From Candidatus Heimdallarchaeota archaeon (lineage in GTDB: Archaea > Asgardarchaeota > Heimdallarchaeia > Heimdallarchaeales > Heimdallarchaeaceae), in the NCBI GenBank assembly GCA_021399345.1, contig JAAFKI010000112.1:155557-219556 (forward strand): a stretch of 64,000 bases of DNA, written 5' to 3'. The translations under genes and the position numbers were made by a program. Shown in pieces: positions 1-10,580 of the stretch. The notes beneath the pieces were generated by a model. It had not been told where the DNA came from and searched no databases. It worked only from the letters and a program-made list of their open reading frames with translations. The stretch's first letter is position 1; every line of letters starts with the position of its first letter.

Positions 1-344
1 CCAGCAAAAGCTTTTGGTTTGGACACTCGTCTCTTAATTTCTATTGATTTAGGATTAGAGCCCAACCTGTAGAAAGGCAAACCCAATAGAACTGAAAAGA
101 TAAGCATCACTCCACCGATAATGAAGAACCAGATGAGAGTTCCTTGACTATCTACATAAAAATGAAGGAAATCCATAACTCCAAAACCCTCAGGATCTGG
201 GATGAAATCTGGATCATCTATTTGTGGGTTAAAACCAAACGAGTCAAGCATCACATTGAGTGATAAATATCCCGCTAGTGCAAAGCCTGCGCTAATCATG
301 ATGATTCCAGCAAAGATTAGCCAGCCACCTCGGCGAGTAAACAA
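1..344 (-). CDS. DUF58 (vWA-like) membrane protein, N-terminal part; runs off the window start
   Basis: Not in the ORF track. Manual translation from TTG at 344, preceded by SD-like AGGTGG: MFTRRGGWLIFAGIIMISAG...LGSNPKSIEIKRRVSKPKAFAG. Two TM helices and the 'TRRG...R..S' layout typical of DUF58 N-termini; directly downstream of moxR. Confidence 0.75.
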   Translation of the reverse strand, partial: MFTRRGGWLIFAGIIMISAGFALAGYLSLNVMLDSFGFNPQIDDPDFIPDPEGFGVMDFLHFYVDSQGTLIWFFIIGGVMLIFSVLLGLPFYRLGSNPKSIEIKRRVSKPKAFA

Positions 345-367
345 TATTTTCCACCTAGTTTTTGATT

Positions 368-1378
368 CTATACGGGTACTGGTAGATTTCTCAATATTTC
401 ATTGACAACCATTGTACCAGTTGTTCCTTCTAATTCTGCTTCTGGTTTCATCATTAACCTGTGTGCGGAAGCTACTCTTGCAATACGTTTGATATCGTCA
501 GGAATAACATAATCTCGACCACGCATTGCAGCAACGGATTTAGCAGCATTTAACAAAGCAATACTACAACGAGGACTACCTCCAAGAGAAAGTCTGGGAT
601 CGGTTCGGGTTGAGACGGTCAGGTCTTTGATGTACTCCATAAGATCCTCATGGATGTAAATTCTAGACTCAACGGTTTCTTTCATCTTGACAATAGTCAT
701 GGGAGTGGTAACTCGTCTGACGGTTTCTCGAACCTGACTGTGTTTCAACTTAATGATATCCATCTCTTCTTCAGGGGAAGGCAAGTCAACTAGCAGTTTG
801 AACATAAAACGATCAACTTGAGCCTCAGGTAAAGGATACGTCCCTTCTTGCTCGATGGGATTCTGAGTTGCTATAACCAAAAATGGATCGTCCAGTTTGA
901 ATGTTGTTCCTTCTACTGTCACTTGTTTTTCTGCCATTGCTTCCAATAGAGCTGCTTGTGTCTTTGGCGGACTTCTATTTATTTCGTCTGCTAGAAGTAT
1001 GTTTGTGAATATTGGTCCTTTTCTCATCTTGAAAGTCCCTGCTTTTGGATCATATATTGTTGTTCCAACCACATCTGATGGTAGTAAATCTGGAGTGAAT
1101 TGCACTCTTTTAAACTCACACCCTAGTGTTTGAGCAAACGATTTCGCCATCACTGTTTTAGCTATTCCTGGAACACCTTCTAACAAAGCGTGTCCTCCTC
1201 CAAGTAGCGAGATGAACATATCTTCTAGCACATCCAGTTTTCCAATGATCACTCTAGCTAGTTCGTTGTATATTTCATCCCATACTCTCTTTACGTCTTT
1301 TGGAGTTACAACTGCTTCAGTAGCTGCTTTCGCTTTTCCTTTTACTTCTTCATTTTTTTCTTCACTCATTTTTTTCAC
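368..1378 (-). CDS. moxR: MoxR-family AAA+ ATPase (copy 1; start may be ATG 1369)
   Basis: Walker A GVPGIAKT, RVQFTPDLLPSD, Walker B LLADEINRSPPKTQAALLEAM, ATQNPIEQEGTYPLPEAQVDRF, GGSPR. Confidence 0.97.
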   Translation of the reverse strand: MKKMSEEKNEEVKGKAKAATEAVVTPKDVKRVWDEIYNELARVIIGKLDVLEDMFISLLGGGHALLEGVPGIAKTVMAKSFAQTLGCEFKRVQFTPDLLPSDVVGTTIYDPKAGTFKMRKGPIFTNILLADEINRSPPKTQAALLEAMAEKQVTVEGTTFKLDDPFLVIATQNPIEQEGTYPLPEAQVDRFMFKLLVDLPSPEEEMDIIKLKHSQVRETVRRVTTPMTIVKMKETVESRIYIHEDLMEYIKDLTVSTRTDPRLSLGGSPRCSIALLNAAKSVAAMRGRDYVIPDDIKRIARVASAHRLMMKPEAELEGTTGTMVVNEILRNLPVPV

Positions 1379-1391
1379 TTTTCCTTTTTAA

Positions 1392-3056
1392 TTAACCGGG
1401 CAATCTATCGATTAAACCCTTTATGAATGTCATATATTTCATAAACATGTGTTCTGGTATAATACGTGGTTTTGCCAAATAGGCCTCAATTCTAATTAAT
1501 GTGTCAAGCAGATCTTTTTGACTTAGTGATGGATCTCTTATACTGAAGTACTCTGCTATTTCTTGAGGTGAGGACATTGATTGTTTTGTCACCTTTCTCA
1601 ATCCTCTCAACATTGTTCTGTGAAGTAGACCCACTGCCTCACTATATGCCCCCGTGTCAACTATCCTCCGTATCTCTCTTTCAAACCTTGACCTTCCTTT
1701 TTCTCCTCTATACTTTGTCCAAAGTATTGGAGTCAGACGGGTTTTCTTTGGTATCAAACGATATCCCAATATAGCAAAAATAATAGGTATAAATGGTGCA
1801 TATAGAGGAAACATGGACATTTCTGTAATAAATCTCATTAAAACCATGGAGTATACTGTAGCACTATAGAACTTCTGATGTGCGTGCCCTTCATCAAAAA
1901 TTATGGGTACGGATTTTGGATCAGTTGTATTCATATCTGCTGTAAGATAATTGAATAAATTGATCGAGAATTGTGCATTATCATTCTCTGTTGGTTGGTC
2001 AATCCATTTATTGATAAATATGTCTGGATCTCCAATCATAACTATTTTTCCTCGGCCTATTGGTAGAGTCATAATAGGCGCAAACATGGCATTACCCCAT
2101 TCATCAGCATCAGGTGTTGCTGTTCCTTCCTTTGCAGATTGGAAATCTGATTCTAACCAAGATGATTCGGTTGTGTAAAAAGGTAGGAATGGCAAGAAGA
2201 AATAACCTGCATCAATACCTAGATGTTCAAGCAAGTTAATAGCTTGCAGCGGCATCCAATCTGTTCTGTAAGCTTTGACTGTTTCAGCCTCATCTAGAAA
2301 GAATGAATGATTTATAGCAACGCTTAATGCTGTTCCAAATTCCATCTGAAGTCTATCAACACCAGATGTTAACGGTGTTGAAACAGCTGGGGTTAGAATT
2401 GGCTGGGCAGGATTAACTGTATAACTTTCAGCATCCATCAATACAGAACCATTAAAAGCAATACCTTTCATCATACCTAGCAGTTCGAAGAAAATGGTTT
2501 CTTCTGTTACTCCACCACCCTCTTCACCAAATCCGAACATTTCAGCTAAGGAAGGTATACCACCCTGCATCATAGCGATTTGATCCCAAGTATTAATTAT
2601 ATTAAATAATGGTTCGAATATTTCAGCCCCTGTTCCATAATCGTCAGCAACTAGTAAACTTCCTCCTCTCGCTAGGAAAGTTATTAGTGAGATTGTGTCA
2701 GTTGTGCTATACTGTGTAGCTGGTCCGATTATCGCAAAAACACCGGGTTCATATACTCTATTCAACAAAGATAAAGAAGACATACCATTGGTAATACCAG
2801 TAAAACCATCATTTTCAAGCACTTGACGTACACTAGATAAACCATCCCAACTATCACTATAAATACTGAATTTTGTCCCATATCCACCTAGACCTACAAG
2901 ACCTAGAAAGATAGGTACTACTACGATCATGAACAGAATAGACATCACAATTGTGTATTTTGTGAAACTAAATTTAGGTAATTTAAATCTAGTTCTTGCT
3001 CTTGATTGTCTTTCTTGTTCTGCCTTTGCTCTTGGTTGGTTTCCTTGTTGGCTCAA
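1392..3056 (-). CDS. DUF4350 (GATase-like fold) membrane protein with cytosolic helical tail
   Basis: N-terminal TM; FSIYSDSWDGLS; FLARGGSLLVADDYG; GRGKIVMIGDPDIFIN; IIFDEGH; second TM; moxR context. Start uncertain (68-nt overlap with the upstream gene). Confidence 0.8.
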   Translation of the reverse strand: MSQQGNQPRAKAEQERQSRARTRFKLPKFSFTKYTIVMSILFMIVVVPIFLGLVGLGGYGTKFSIYSDSWDGLSSVRQVLENDGFTGITNGMSSLSLLNRVYEPGVFAIIGPATQYSTTDTISLITFLARGGSLLVADDYGTGAEIFEPLFNIINTWDQIAMMQGGIPSLAEMFGFGEEGGGVTEETIFFELLGMMKGIAFNGSVLMDAESYTVNPAQPILTPAVSTPLTSGVDRLQMEFGTALSVAINHSFFLDEAETVKAYRTDWMPLQAINLLEHLGIDAGYFFLPFLPFYTTESSWLESDFQSAKEGTATPDADEWGNAMFAPIMTLPIGRGKIVMIGDPDIFINKWIDQPTENDNAQFSINLFNYLTADMNTTDPKSVPIIFDEGHAHQKFYSATVYSMVLMRFITEMSMFPLYAPFIPIIFAILGYRLIPKKTRLTPILWTKYRGEKGRSRFEREIRRIVDTGAYSEAVGLLHRTMLRGLRKVTKQSMSSPQEIAEYFSIRDPSLSQKDLLDTLIRIEAYLAKPRIIPEHMFMKYMTFIKGLIDRLPG

Positions 3057-3444
3057 CTACTTCTACACCCTGTTCTCTTATTCCTCTGAAACAGATATCT
3101 AGTCTCTGAATTGCTTCTTGATAATCGTCATAAGATATATCGGCATCAGTATAACGTGCTATCTCAAATGATGTTAAGTATTCATCCATAACTTCATGTG
3201 AAATATTAGCTGTGTTTGCTACATTAATACCAAATTCTCGTCCTGTTTCATAAGGAGCACGAGCCATGCTAAGAAGACCATCAGCGATGTTTGTTAAACC
3301 TCCAAAAGAGGCTATTACAGCACCTCTATAGTCTTGTCGTTGCTCGAAAATTCTAACATCTGCCATTACAGATGTAAACATTTGGTTTAAAGCCTTAACT
3401 TGTTTTCTTCTTTTAAAGAATCCAGAGGATTTACTACGACTCAA
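2989..3444 (-). CDS. Small soluble DUF4129-like protein
   Basis: YRGAVIASF...APYETGREF...FEIARY matches the DUF4129 (T.REF / FE.ARY) pattern; overlaps the upstream gene by 11 nt. Confidence 0.7.
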   Translation of the reverse strand: MSRSKSSGFFKRRKQVKALNQMFTSVMADVRIFEQRQDYRGAVIASFGGLTNIADGLLSMARAPYETGREFGINVANTANISHEVMDEYLTSFEIARYTDADISYDDYQEAIQRLDICFRGIREQGVEVVEPTRKPTKSKGRTRKTIKSKN

Positions 3445-6400
3445 TTTTCATTTCACCTACTTCAATTTTATCTACTATTTTTAATAATGCACGCACTCCA
3501 GCATTGAAATCTTTTTCAGTGATTTCCTCAAAACCATATCGTGCTTTTTCGAAATACTCTAAAAGAGTACCAATGAGCTCGCGCTCAATTTTACTTTTGT
3601 AAGCTAATAATCTTGCAAATTCTGTAGGAGTCTGACTCCTATATCTTGGGAGATCATAGAATTCTCTACCAATACCCTCCACAACACTCCATGTCTTTAA
3701 CAAACCCTGTTTATATCTTCCCTCTAGCCCATCTTTCTTAATATCATCAATTATCTCTCGCAGATAATCTCTCAATCTTCTTCTGAATGTTTGTTTCTGG
3801 GCATATGTTTTGATTGTATGTCTATTGAACCAGAGGAATAAACCTGCTAGAATAAGAACAACTGCACCAGCTGCTCCACCTATAATTGCTCCTAAATTAC
3901 CTATTCCTAATCCACTGCTTTCATAGACTACTGATAAGCTTCTTAATACAGAACCCGTATTTTCAACTGCATCAGTTGCTGCTATCGTATAAAGGAGAGC
4001 ATATGTTCCTGAAGTTCTGAATCTAAATTGTGACAAATCTACTGTTGCTGTGAAAATATCACTAGTACCTATTCTAGTCATTTCTACAGAATAATCTTCA
4101 ACAACAATTGTAGTTCCAAGTGAAATTGTAATATTAATAGTAACAGTAGAAACATTGGTTAATATGTCTATTACTGATGCATTGAATGTTAAAACAGAAT
4201 CAGGATCAGCTGTACCATTAATTGCATTTACAGTAATTGCGAAAATGTTAGGACTATCAGAATCATCTGTAATGAAAAACATTGAAGGAAATAATCCTAG
4301 ATTAGGCTGAGGTAATGCATTATCATAAGCTCCATAATACCAAGTATAGTTGTAATTATAATCTAAATCTATATGGTAAGTCCATTCATTTGTAAATGGA
4401 ACATTTATCATAAGATCTTGAAAGTTTACATCTACAACATTTGTTAGAAGATTTCTACCTGTAACATTAATTGCAACAAACCACATACCGCTATAAACTT
4501 TTGAATCATTAACGAACACAGAAATATCAATAAATGGATTAGGAATATTACCTGAATAAGTTACCACAGGAACTGCAACTGCCTCTGGAGGATGAAAATC
4601 TCCCACTCTATATAATCCATCTTCAGTATCCGTATAACCAAAATTAGCATCATACCACTGCGCTGGAAGAATTTGTCTACTTCCAAATTCATCTAAACCA
4701 TGTCCTGCATAATCTTTTACTTCCACTGAATATTCAACATACCATTGACTTTGAGAAGCATTCATGGTTATGTTATCTTCATATGTGTCAGGTGCAATGT
4801 TGGTTAAAGTGACACTGCTTGTTGAATCGTAAACACCTAATTCATCATATAAATCATAGTAGATTATAACGGATCTAACCCCTGAATCTGCGTCTGTTGC
4901 AACTACTGTGAAAGTAATATTGAAATAAGGATCATGACTTGCAGTGCTGTTTGGATCAGGTGATAAATTAACACTTACTAAAACAGGTGCTTCAGTATCA
5001 GGACCATAAATATTAATCGTTTGTGTGATAGTTGTTGCTGGAGCATAATCTCCACCTATTGCTATCAAATCTCCTGTAAAAGCAAGATTGTGATCCCATC
5101 CTGCTCCTAAATGTGTCTTATCATATCTCACATAATTTTGTCCTGCAGTTACAAAGAAGAATGCTTCTTCACCAGCAAAAGTTATTGATATCCTTGCACC
5201 TACAGGATTTCCTCCCCATTGATCCTGTGCTTGAAGTTCATAATACTCATCATTTATATCAAAGTCATTCCAAAAAGTTCTATTCCACACATCTCTTGAA
5301 GTACCATCTAAAGCTGCCCCTCCATCATTATCAGTTAGAGTTAATGAAAGAGCATAATACATATTAAAGTTGTCAGCAGCAGTTGGAGAACTTGGAGCAT
5401 AATATTTGTAAGTTCCTCCATCATAATCTAATCCTGTAACAGTTATAGGTTCTGTTTGAGCTTGAACTGCATAACTGGGAACTAGAGATATTATATCTCT
5501 ATCTCCACTAGCTGTAGTAAAGTAGAAATCAGGTGGCTCACCTGTGAAATCTATTTGAAATTGTGAGATAGGACATAAATTCCCATTAATGTCTTCAATT
5601 TCTACAGTGAAGTCAATCGGTAATCCTACTGTATAGGAACTTATTATATCAGCGATTGTTATACGAACCGTCGTTATGTTTACAGTTAATACTGAATCTA
5701 AGGAATCTCCAATCATTCTTGCTCCAGGAAATTCTGCAGCTACAGGTTGAAGGTAAACAATAAAACCTTGTGTTATATCAGAAACATTAACTAATGGGTT
5801 CAAGTATGTGCTAAATTTAATTCCACCTGTAGAATTAGTTGTGTATATATCACTTGGAGAGGTATGATTAGATCCATCATAATAATAATATACATTTATC
5901 GTTTTTGCGGATTCTAAACCTGAGCTAGAAGATAAGTTTGCTTGTATTTCAAAGGTATCTCCTATTTCAATTTCCATTGGTATTTTGCTTAATGCACTTC
6001 CTATGTTATAATAAGCATCGACTAGTGCTGATTCTTCCGTATTTCCAAATGCAGATCCAAGTAAGTGTAGAGCAGGATTAAAAGTACCTATTCTCACAAA
6101 GAAGCTGAAAGGTAATTGAGTTATATCATAATCTACATCATATGTTACACTGTCAGTTCCAGCTGCAGGTGCTATTCCACTATATATATGCTGATTGGAT
6201 GCAAAAACTGCAGTTCCACTATCATCAAACGCATCATAAGTTGCCCAATCAACAACATAATCAAAACTGGTTCCTGTTGGATCTAAAACAGTTCCATTAT
6301 CAAAAAGAATCTGTGTTGTAAAAGAATAAGGAAAATTAGGATTACCAACTACTGGATTAATACTAAATTCAAGCTCACCATAAATTTCAACTATTACATC

Positions 6401-7078
6401 TCCAGGACTTCCTTCTAACCTATTTGGATCAGTTAAACTACCTCTGAACCAAGTCAATAATGTGATTTCACCAACTTTGGAAAACGGATCTATTGATAGG
6501 TCTGAAGTAACTAAATCTATACTAAAAACACCAAGGCTATTAGTTATTGCAGAACCCACTTCATATTGAGGGTTTCCCTCATAGAATAGTTTGTTCCCTT
6601 CAAATGTTGCCTTAGTAATATTATAGTAAAGATATACAGTTTCACCATCCCAAAAATCCCCAGGCAAACCTGAAGTAAGAACACCAGTTACAGTAATAGT
6701 AACTCCTCTGATATATTGACTACTTGGTGTTGGAAGAGTAATTGTTTGAGAATCTCCCAAATCGGGGTCTAATAGGTCTGAATTCTTCAACCTAACTTCT
6801 AAAATCTGTGCTTCTGGTTTTCTAGCACCACTAAGATTTTCAACAAGATTCGATTCATAACCGGGATAACTTTGTCTGTAAGGGAGATTAAATTGAAATT
6901 CATTTTTGGTAAGTTCAATTGGGAATTCTTTCCGTAATTCTGAAGAACCAGTTGATACTGATGAAAGATCTTGAATTTGTTTATTGATTATTGCTTCACT
7001 ATAAACAGGAATTATCAAACTGCTAGTTAGTCCTACTAGAAAAACAATTGTCAATATTTGAAAGGTCCTTCTGTTCAT
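3434..7078 (-). CDS. Large secreted Ig/beta-sandwich-repeat surface protein with C-terminal TM anchor and cytosolic DUF4129 domain
   Basis: Signal peptide; acidic, T/S/Y-rich beta-strand body with DTEAP / DFHPP / DDSDSP domain junctions and many N-x-S/T sequons; TM GAIIGGAAGAVVLILAGLFLWF; tail SQTPTEF...YFEKARYG. Confidence 0.8.
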   Translation of the reverse strand: MNRRTFQILTIVFLVGLTSSLIIPVYSEAIINKQIQDLSSVSTGSSELRKEFPIELTKNEFQFNLPYRQSYPGYESNLVENLSGARKPEAQILEVRLKNSDLLDPDLGDSQTITLPTPSSQYIRGVTITVTGVLTSGLPGDFWDGETVYLYYNITKATFEGNKLFYEGNPQYEVGSAITNSLGVFSIDLVTSDLSIDPFSKVGEITLLTWFRGSLTDPNRLEGSPGDVIVEIYGELEFSINPVVGNPNFPYSFTTQILFDNGTVLDPTGTSFDYVVDWATYDAFDDSGTAVFASNQHIYSGIAPAAGTDSVTYDVDYDITQLPFSFFVRIGTFNPALHLLGSAFGNTEESALVDAYYNIGSALSKIPMEIEIGDTFEIQANLSSSSGLESAKTINVYYYYDGSNHTSPSDIYTTNSTGGIKFSTYLNPLVNVSDITQGFIVYLQPVAAEFPGARMIGDSLDSVLTVNITTVRITIADIISSYTVGLPIDFTVEIEDINGNLCPISQFQIDFTGEPPDFYFTTASGDRDIISLVPSYAVQAQTEPITVTGLDYDGGTYKYYAPSSPTAADNFNMYYALSLTLTDNDGGAALDGTSRDVWNRTFWNDFDINDEYYELQAQDQWGGNPVGARISITFAGEEAFFFVTAGQNYVRYDKTHLGAGWDHNLAFTGDLIAIGGDYAPATTITQTINIYGPDTEAPVLVSVNLSPDPNSTASHDPYFNITFTVVATDADSGVRSVIIYYDLYDELGVYDSTSSVTLTNIAPDTYEDNITMNASQSQWYVEYSVEVKDYAGHGLDEFGSRQILPAQWYDANFGYTDTEDGLYRVGDFHPPEAVAVPVVTYSGNIPNPFIDISVFVNDSKVYSGMWFVAINVTGRNLLTNVVDVNFQDLMINVPFTNEWTYHIDLDYNYNYTWYYGAYDNALPQPNLGLFPSMFFITDDSDSPNIFAITVNAINGTADPDSVLTFNASVIDILTNVSTVTINITISLGTTIVVEDYSVEMTRIGTSDIFTATVDLSQFRFRTSGTYALLYTIAATDAVENTGSVLRSLSVVYESSGLGIGNLGAIIGGAAGAVVLILAGLFLWFNRHTIKTYAQKQTFRRRLRDYLREIIDDIKKDGLEGRYKQGLLKTWSVVEGIGREFYDLPRYRSQTPTEFARLLAYKSKIERELIGTLLEYFEKARYGFEEITEKDFNAGVRALLKIVDKIEVGEMKIES

Positions 7079-7079
7079 T

Positions 7080-10000
7080 TCAGTATTTCACATCCTTATT
7101 AATCAGAATGGTAATGCACTCAATTTCCGATAGAAATTCTGCACAATTGTAATTCGCTAATTCAAGTATTCCGATGTTGGTAATTCCATATGGTGTCATA
7201 ATCTGCGAGGATGCAGTAGATTCTGCACCTATGACCTTGTAGCTCATATGAGATGGTGGAAATGCAATAGTTATTTGCGCAGATATATTCCACGTATCTA
7301 GATAAAATACTACCAATCGGTAGAAATTCGGTCCGTATTCTGTAACATCTACATTAAGAGTTGTATTAAAGAAGCCATTAATATCTGAGTAACCACTGCC
7401 CACATCATTTGCATCATACTGTTCAATAAGCAGATTTGTACTATCTCTGTCAAGAACAAATTCATCGAGTAATGTTGTAGCATCGGTTTTATCTGCTGCA
7501 TCATATGTTGCTTGATTAACTAACCATATTTCTACATTTTCACCAGTTATAGGGCTTGGTGACCCACCAGGGGGTTCTTGATAAACATAAATATCAACAT
7601 CAGGAGTGAAGATATCTCCATCAACTCCCTGATCATGGTAATAATCACTTGAATCTACAGTTGAATACTTCCCATCGAAATAAAGCATAATTGTGTAAGT
7701 ATAATTCTGTCCAAACAAGGCTGCAATATAGTACGCAGCACCAACTGTAACAGGAGGAGTTAAGGTTGATAAAACATTAGTTGTCCCTAGCATGGTATAA
7801 ACACTCGAATTACCATTTGGATCCGTATATGCAGATCCTATTATTCTTAATGTAGCAGGATCCAATGTTCCAAGAAGTAAATCATTTTTCTCATTTTCAT
7901 CTAAAATGTAGTAAGTAACTAAGCGACCTTCTAAAGGTATTGTCAGGTTAGCGAGTTCAAATAGTTCAGTTGAAATTTGATATTGAACTCCTTTTTGCAT
8001 TAAGAATAAATCAAACACTCCTACTGGAGGTGGACTTGGATTTGGAAGTGTATCTTTTGTAGCGTTTATACTTATACCCGTTAGATATCCAGTAGGTATA
8101 ATTACAAATCCCGTATAATTAGTTGAAAGTAACGTCACGTAAGCTAATAACACATAAGCCGTTCCTCCGGGATTACTCGGATTGTAAACAGTATATTGTA
8201 CAGGATTCCATTCCGTATAAAGTTCAGCTACTCCTCCAGCTACAGAAACAGCTGTACCTAGATTGTTTGCTACAGACAATAATCCTGCAGGATTTGTTGA
8301 ATATGCCTGTAATTGAGCTACTGTTACTGTTGCAAAATTAACCGTAGATCCCTCTACAAAGCCTGTTTCATCACTGACTGTTGCTCTAAGAGTATAAGTT
8401 TTGGCGTAATCTGTAAGATAAACATCTTCGCCATCTATGTTTTGCTTGGTAACTGGTAAATACAAAGCTGGTTCTCCAAACATTTCTATGCTTACATTGA
8501 ATGAAGAGTATAGAGTGTTTTCACAATAATACATTGAACTTGTATCTATATCAACATAAGGTCCCATTTGGAACTGACCCCATTTGAAGGTAGGTCCTCC
8601 AACACCATCATCAACTGGAATAAGAGCTTCTACCCAAGCATAAATATTTTCAGATAATGAAAGGGTTCTAACTGTAGCAGTTCCATCTCCAATTGCAAAA
8701 CCAATAACGGGACGACATGGAATATTATTTAATCTTAAAGTCATAATGGCCAAAGCTATATAAGCGGATGCTGAGGTATCTGAACCTTCCAGAAGAAGTT
8801 CTGCTCTATCTCGACCATTGTTATCGTCATTATCAGCTGTAGGCATCCCAAAATCGGATAGTATCTTTTCTAGAATGTATGATGTTTGCTGGTACATTGT
8901 ATGACCATTTGTTATTCCATGTTCAGTAGCATTTGCCGCATAAGCAGCTACCAAAGGAGAGATGGTTTCATAATTCAACGGCTTCTGAAGGAAACGAGCG
9001 AATGTTGAATTATACCAACTCGTATGAAGATAAGTATAATCATCATAATTTGTTGAATCTGAAATAATGGAGGAGAGGTTGTCATCACTGATAAAATAAG
9101 GTTGATAATTGAAATCTCCAAAGAATCCTATTTGATTAGTTGTAGCTTTCAAAGACAACATGTCATTTAGATTATATTTGACATTAGCTGTTCCTTCTAC
9201 AGCACACACAGTACCATTTTCATCAACTAAGTTATCTGTCCAGTTTAAATCATTTGTCAAGAATGGTTCATTATAATTATTACTCCAAGTGGATATTAAT
9301 TGTGTAAGCAGAGCTGTTTGAACACTATAAACCAATTGAGTTACATCTAATTGTTGATAGCTACTTGGAGGGTCTGAATGTACAGCTGGGTCATTATTTT
9401 CAGCTGTTAAATCAAATCTAGTTTCGCCACTCGTCTCAATAAAATCCCACGAGCTCGCTTGATAATTATCCCTAACATCCCACCGATAGAGATAGTTCCC
9501 TAATGTACCAGAAAGAGCTTCTACTTGTGCTATTTCATCTATATCGAGATCTGGGTCTATATCCATGTTATCTAGAAGATCTAGTATACCATCTATGTAA
9601 AACGGTGCATCTCCTGTAAAAAGCGAATCAAACCATGAAGGATTGGTGTCCATTGGTGTGATATCACCAGGAGGTAAATCACGATATTTTCCAATCAAAT
9701 TAAAATAAGGAGTAAAGAAAGAAACTAATAATGAACCTATGATAAAACCTACAACCATTATCCTTTTCACATTATGTCTTGTGCGTATTTTTGGGAAAGA
9801 AAATGATTTTGCTTCAAAAGCCAACAGGACTAAAAATACCTCTAGTATTAAAACAACGGGTACAATGTACTTCAGAAATAGATCGGGCAATGGAATAGGA
9901 ATAAATTCAATAAAATAACTGTTAATAATTGTTACAATTAAAAGCCCAAGAAATAAAATAGAAAAAGCTATGTTCCAAGCAGTTATACCCCTTGGCATCA

Positions 10001-10133
10001 TTGTAGCGACGGGTAATTTGGTACTTCCTTTTTTCATCTTTTTATATTTAGGAACTACTGCAGGTTTTGTCTTTAGCTTAGCTCCCTCTTTAAACCGCTT
10101 AGTGTTTTTAGCCGAATCTTCGCTTTCTGACAT
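7080..10133 (-). CDS. Membrane-anchored transglutaminase-like (TgpA-type) protein, predicted catalytically inactive
   Basis: Three N-terminal TMs; YLYRWDVRDNY; TGase core AYIALAIMTLRLNNIPCRPVIGFAIG and YAWVE; Ig-like C-terminal region. Confidence 0.8.
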   Translation of the reverse strand: MSESEDSAKNTKRFKEGAKLKTKPAVVPKYKKMKKGSTKLPVATMMPRGITAWNIAFSILFLGLLIVTIINSYFIEFIPIPLPDLFLKYIVPVVLILEVFLVLLAFEAKSFSFPKIRTRHNVKRIMVVGFIIGSLLVSFFTPYFNLIGKYRDLPPGDITPMDTNPSWFDSLFTGDAPFYIDGILDLLDNMDIDPDLDIDEIAQVEALSGTLGNYLYRWDVRDNYQASSWDFIETSGETRFDLTAENNDPAVHSDPPSSYQQLDVTQLVYSVQTALLTQLISTWSNNYNEPFLTNDLNWTDNLVDENGTVCAVEGTANVKYNLNDMLSLKATTNQIGFFGDFNYQPYFISDDNLSSIISDSTNYDDYTYLHTSWYNSTFARFLQKPLNYETISPLVAAYAANATEHGITNGHTMYQQTSYILEKILSDFGMPTADNDDNNGRDRAELLLEGSDTSASAYIALAIMTLRLNNIPCRPVIGFAIGDGTATVRTLSLSENIYAWVEALIPVDDGVGGPTFKWGQFQMGPYVDIDTSSMYYCENTLYSSFNVSIEMFGEPALYLPVTKQNIDGEDVYLTDYAKTYTLRATVSDETGFVEGSTVNFATVTVAQLQAYSTNPAGLLSVANNLGTAVSVAGGVAELYTEWNPVQYTVYNPSNPGGTAYVLLAYVTLLSTNYTGFVIIPTGYLTGISINATKDTLPNPSPPPVGVFDLFLMQKGVQYQISTELFELANLTIPLEGRLVTYYILDENEKNDLLLGTLDPATLRIIGSAYTDPNGNSSVYTMLGTTNVLSTLTPPVTVGAAYYIAALFGQNYTYTIMLYFDGKYSTVDSSDYYHDQGVDGDIFTPDVDIYVYQEPPGGSPSPITGENVEIWLVNQATYDAADKTDATTLLDEFVLDRDSTNLLIEQYDANDVGSGYSDINGFFNTTLNVDVTEYGPNFYRLVVFYLDTWNISAQITIAFPPSHMSYKVIGAESTASSQIMTPYGITNIGILELANYNCAEFLSEIECITILINKDVKY

Positions 10134-10580
10134 CTTCTTTCCTCGTGATTATAAAGTATCAAGAGTACCGATGGTTACCCTAATGACTCTATACTCCTAC
10201 ATTATTCAAAAACTTTTTGCGATATAAATACTTGCAAATTGGCCATCAGCCTCGAGAAAAATAGAAGTGCTAAAATTCCTACTTTTAGACTTTGGGAAAG
10301 AAATTTACACACTTAGTTTAAATATAAACAAGTCTAAAACAGGTTTTTTGTGTTAATATATGATTTTGCATATAATATTACTGAAGTAAGGTATTACTAA
10401 AAGTTTGAAACAAATCTGAAAATAAACAATCTTGTGTTAATAAATAAGCTACAAATTCAATCAATGAAGATGATGTAAAATCAACAAAACAAATTGTGAA
10501 GGAATGTCATACATTCATTAAAATATAACTCACATTTATCGATAAATGGTGAACATTTCTCATATTGAGAACATCGCTAT

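Noticed and set aside
2989-3056. 68-nt overlap as a programmed frameshift fusing DUF4129 to DUF4350
   Set aside because: No convincing slippery site or stimulatory structure; an uncertain start codon explains it as well.
10134-10580. Long AT-rich intergenic region as a replication origin or ncRNA
   Set aside because: No ORB-like repeats or cdc6 gene; consistent with divergent promoters.
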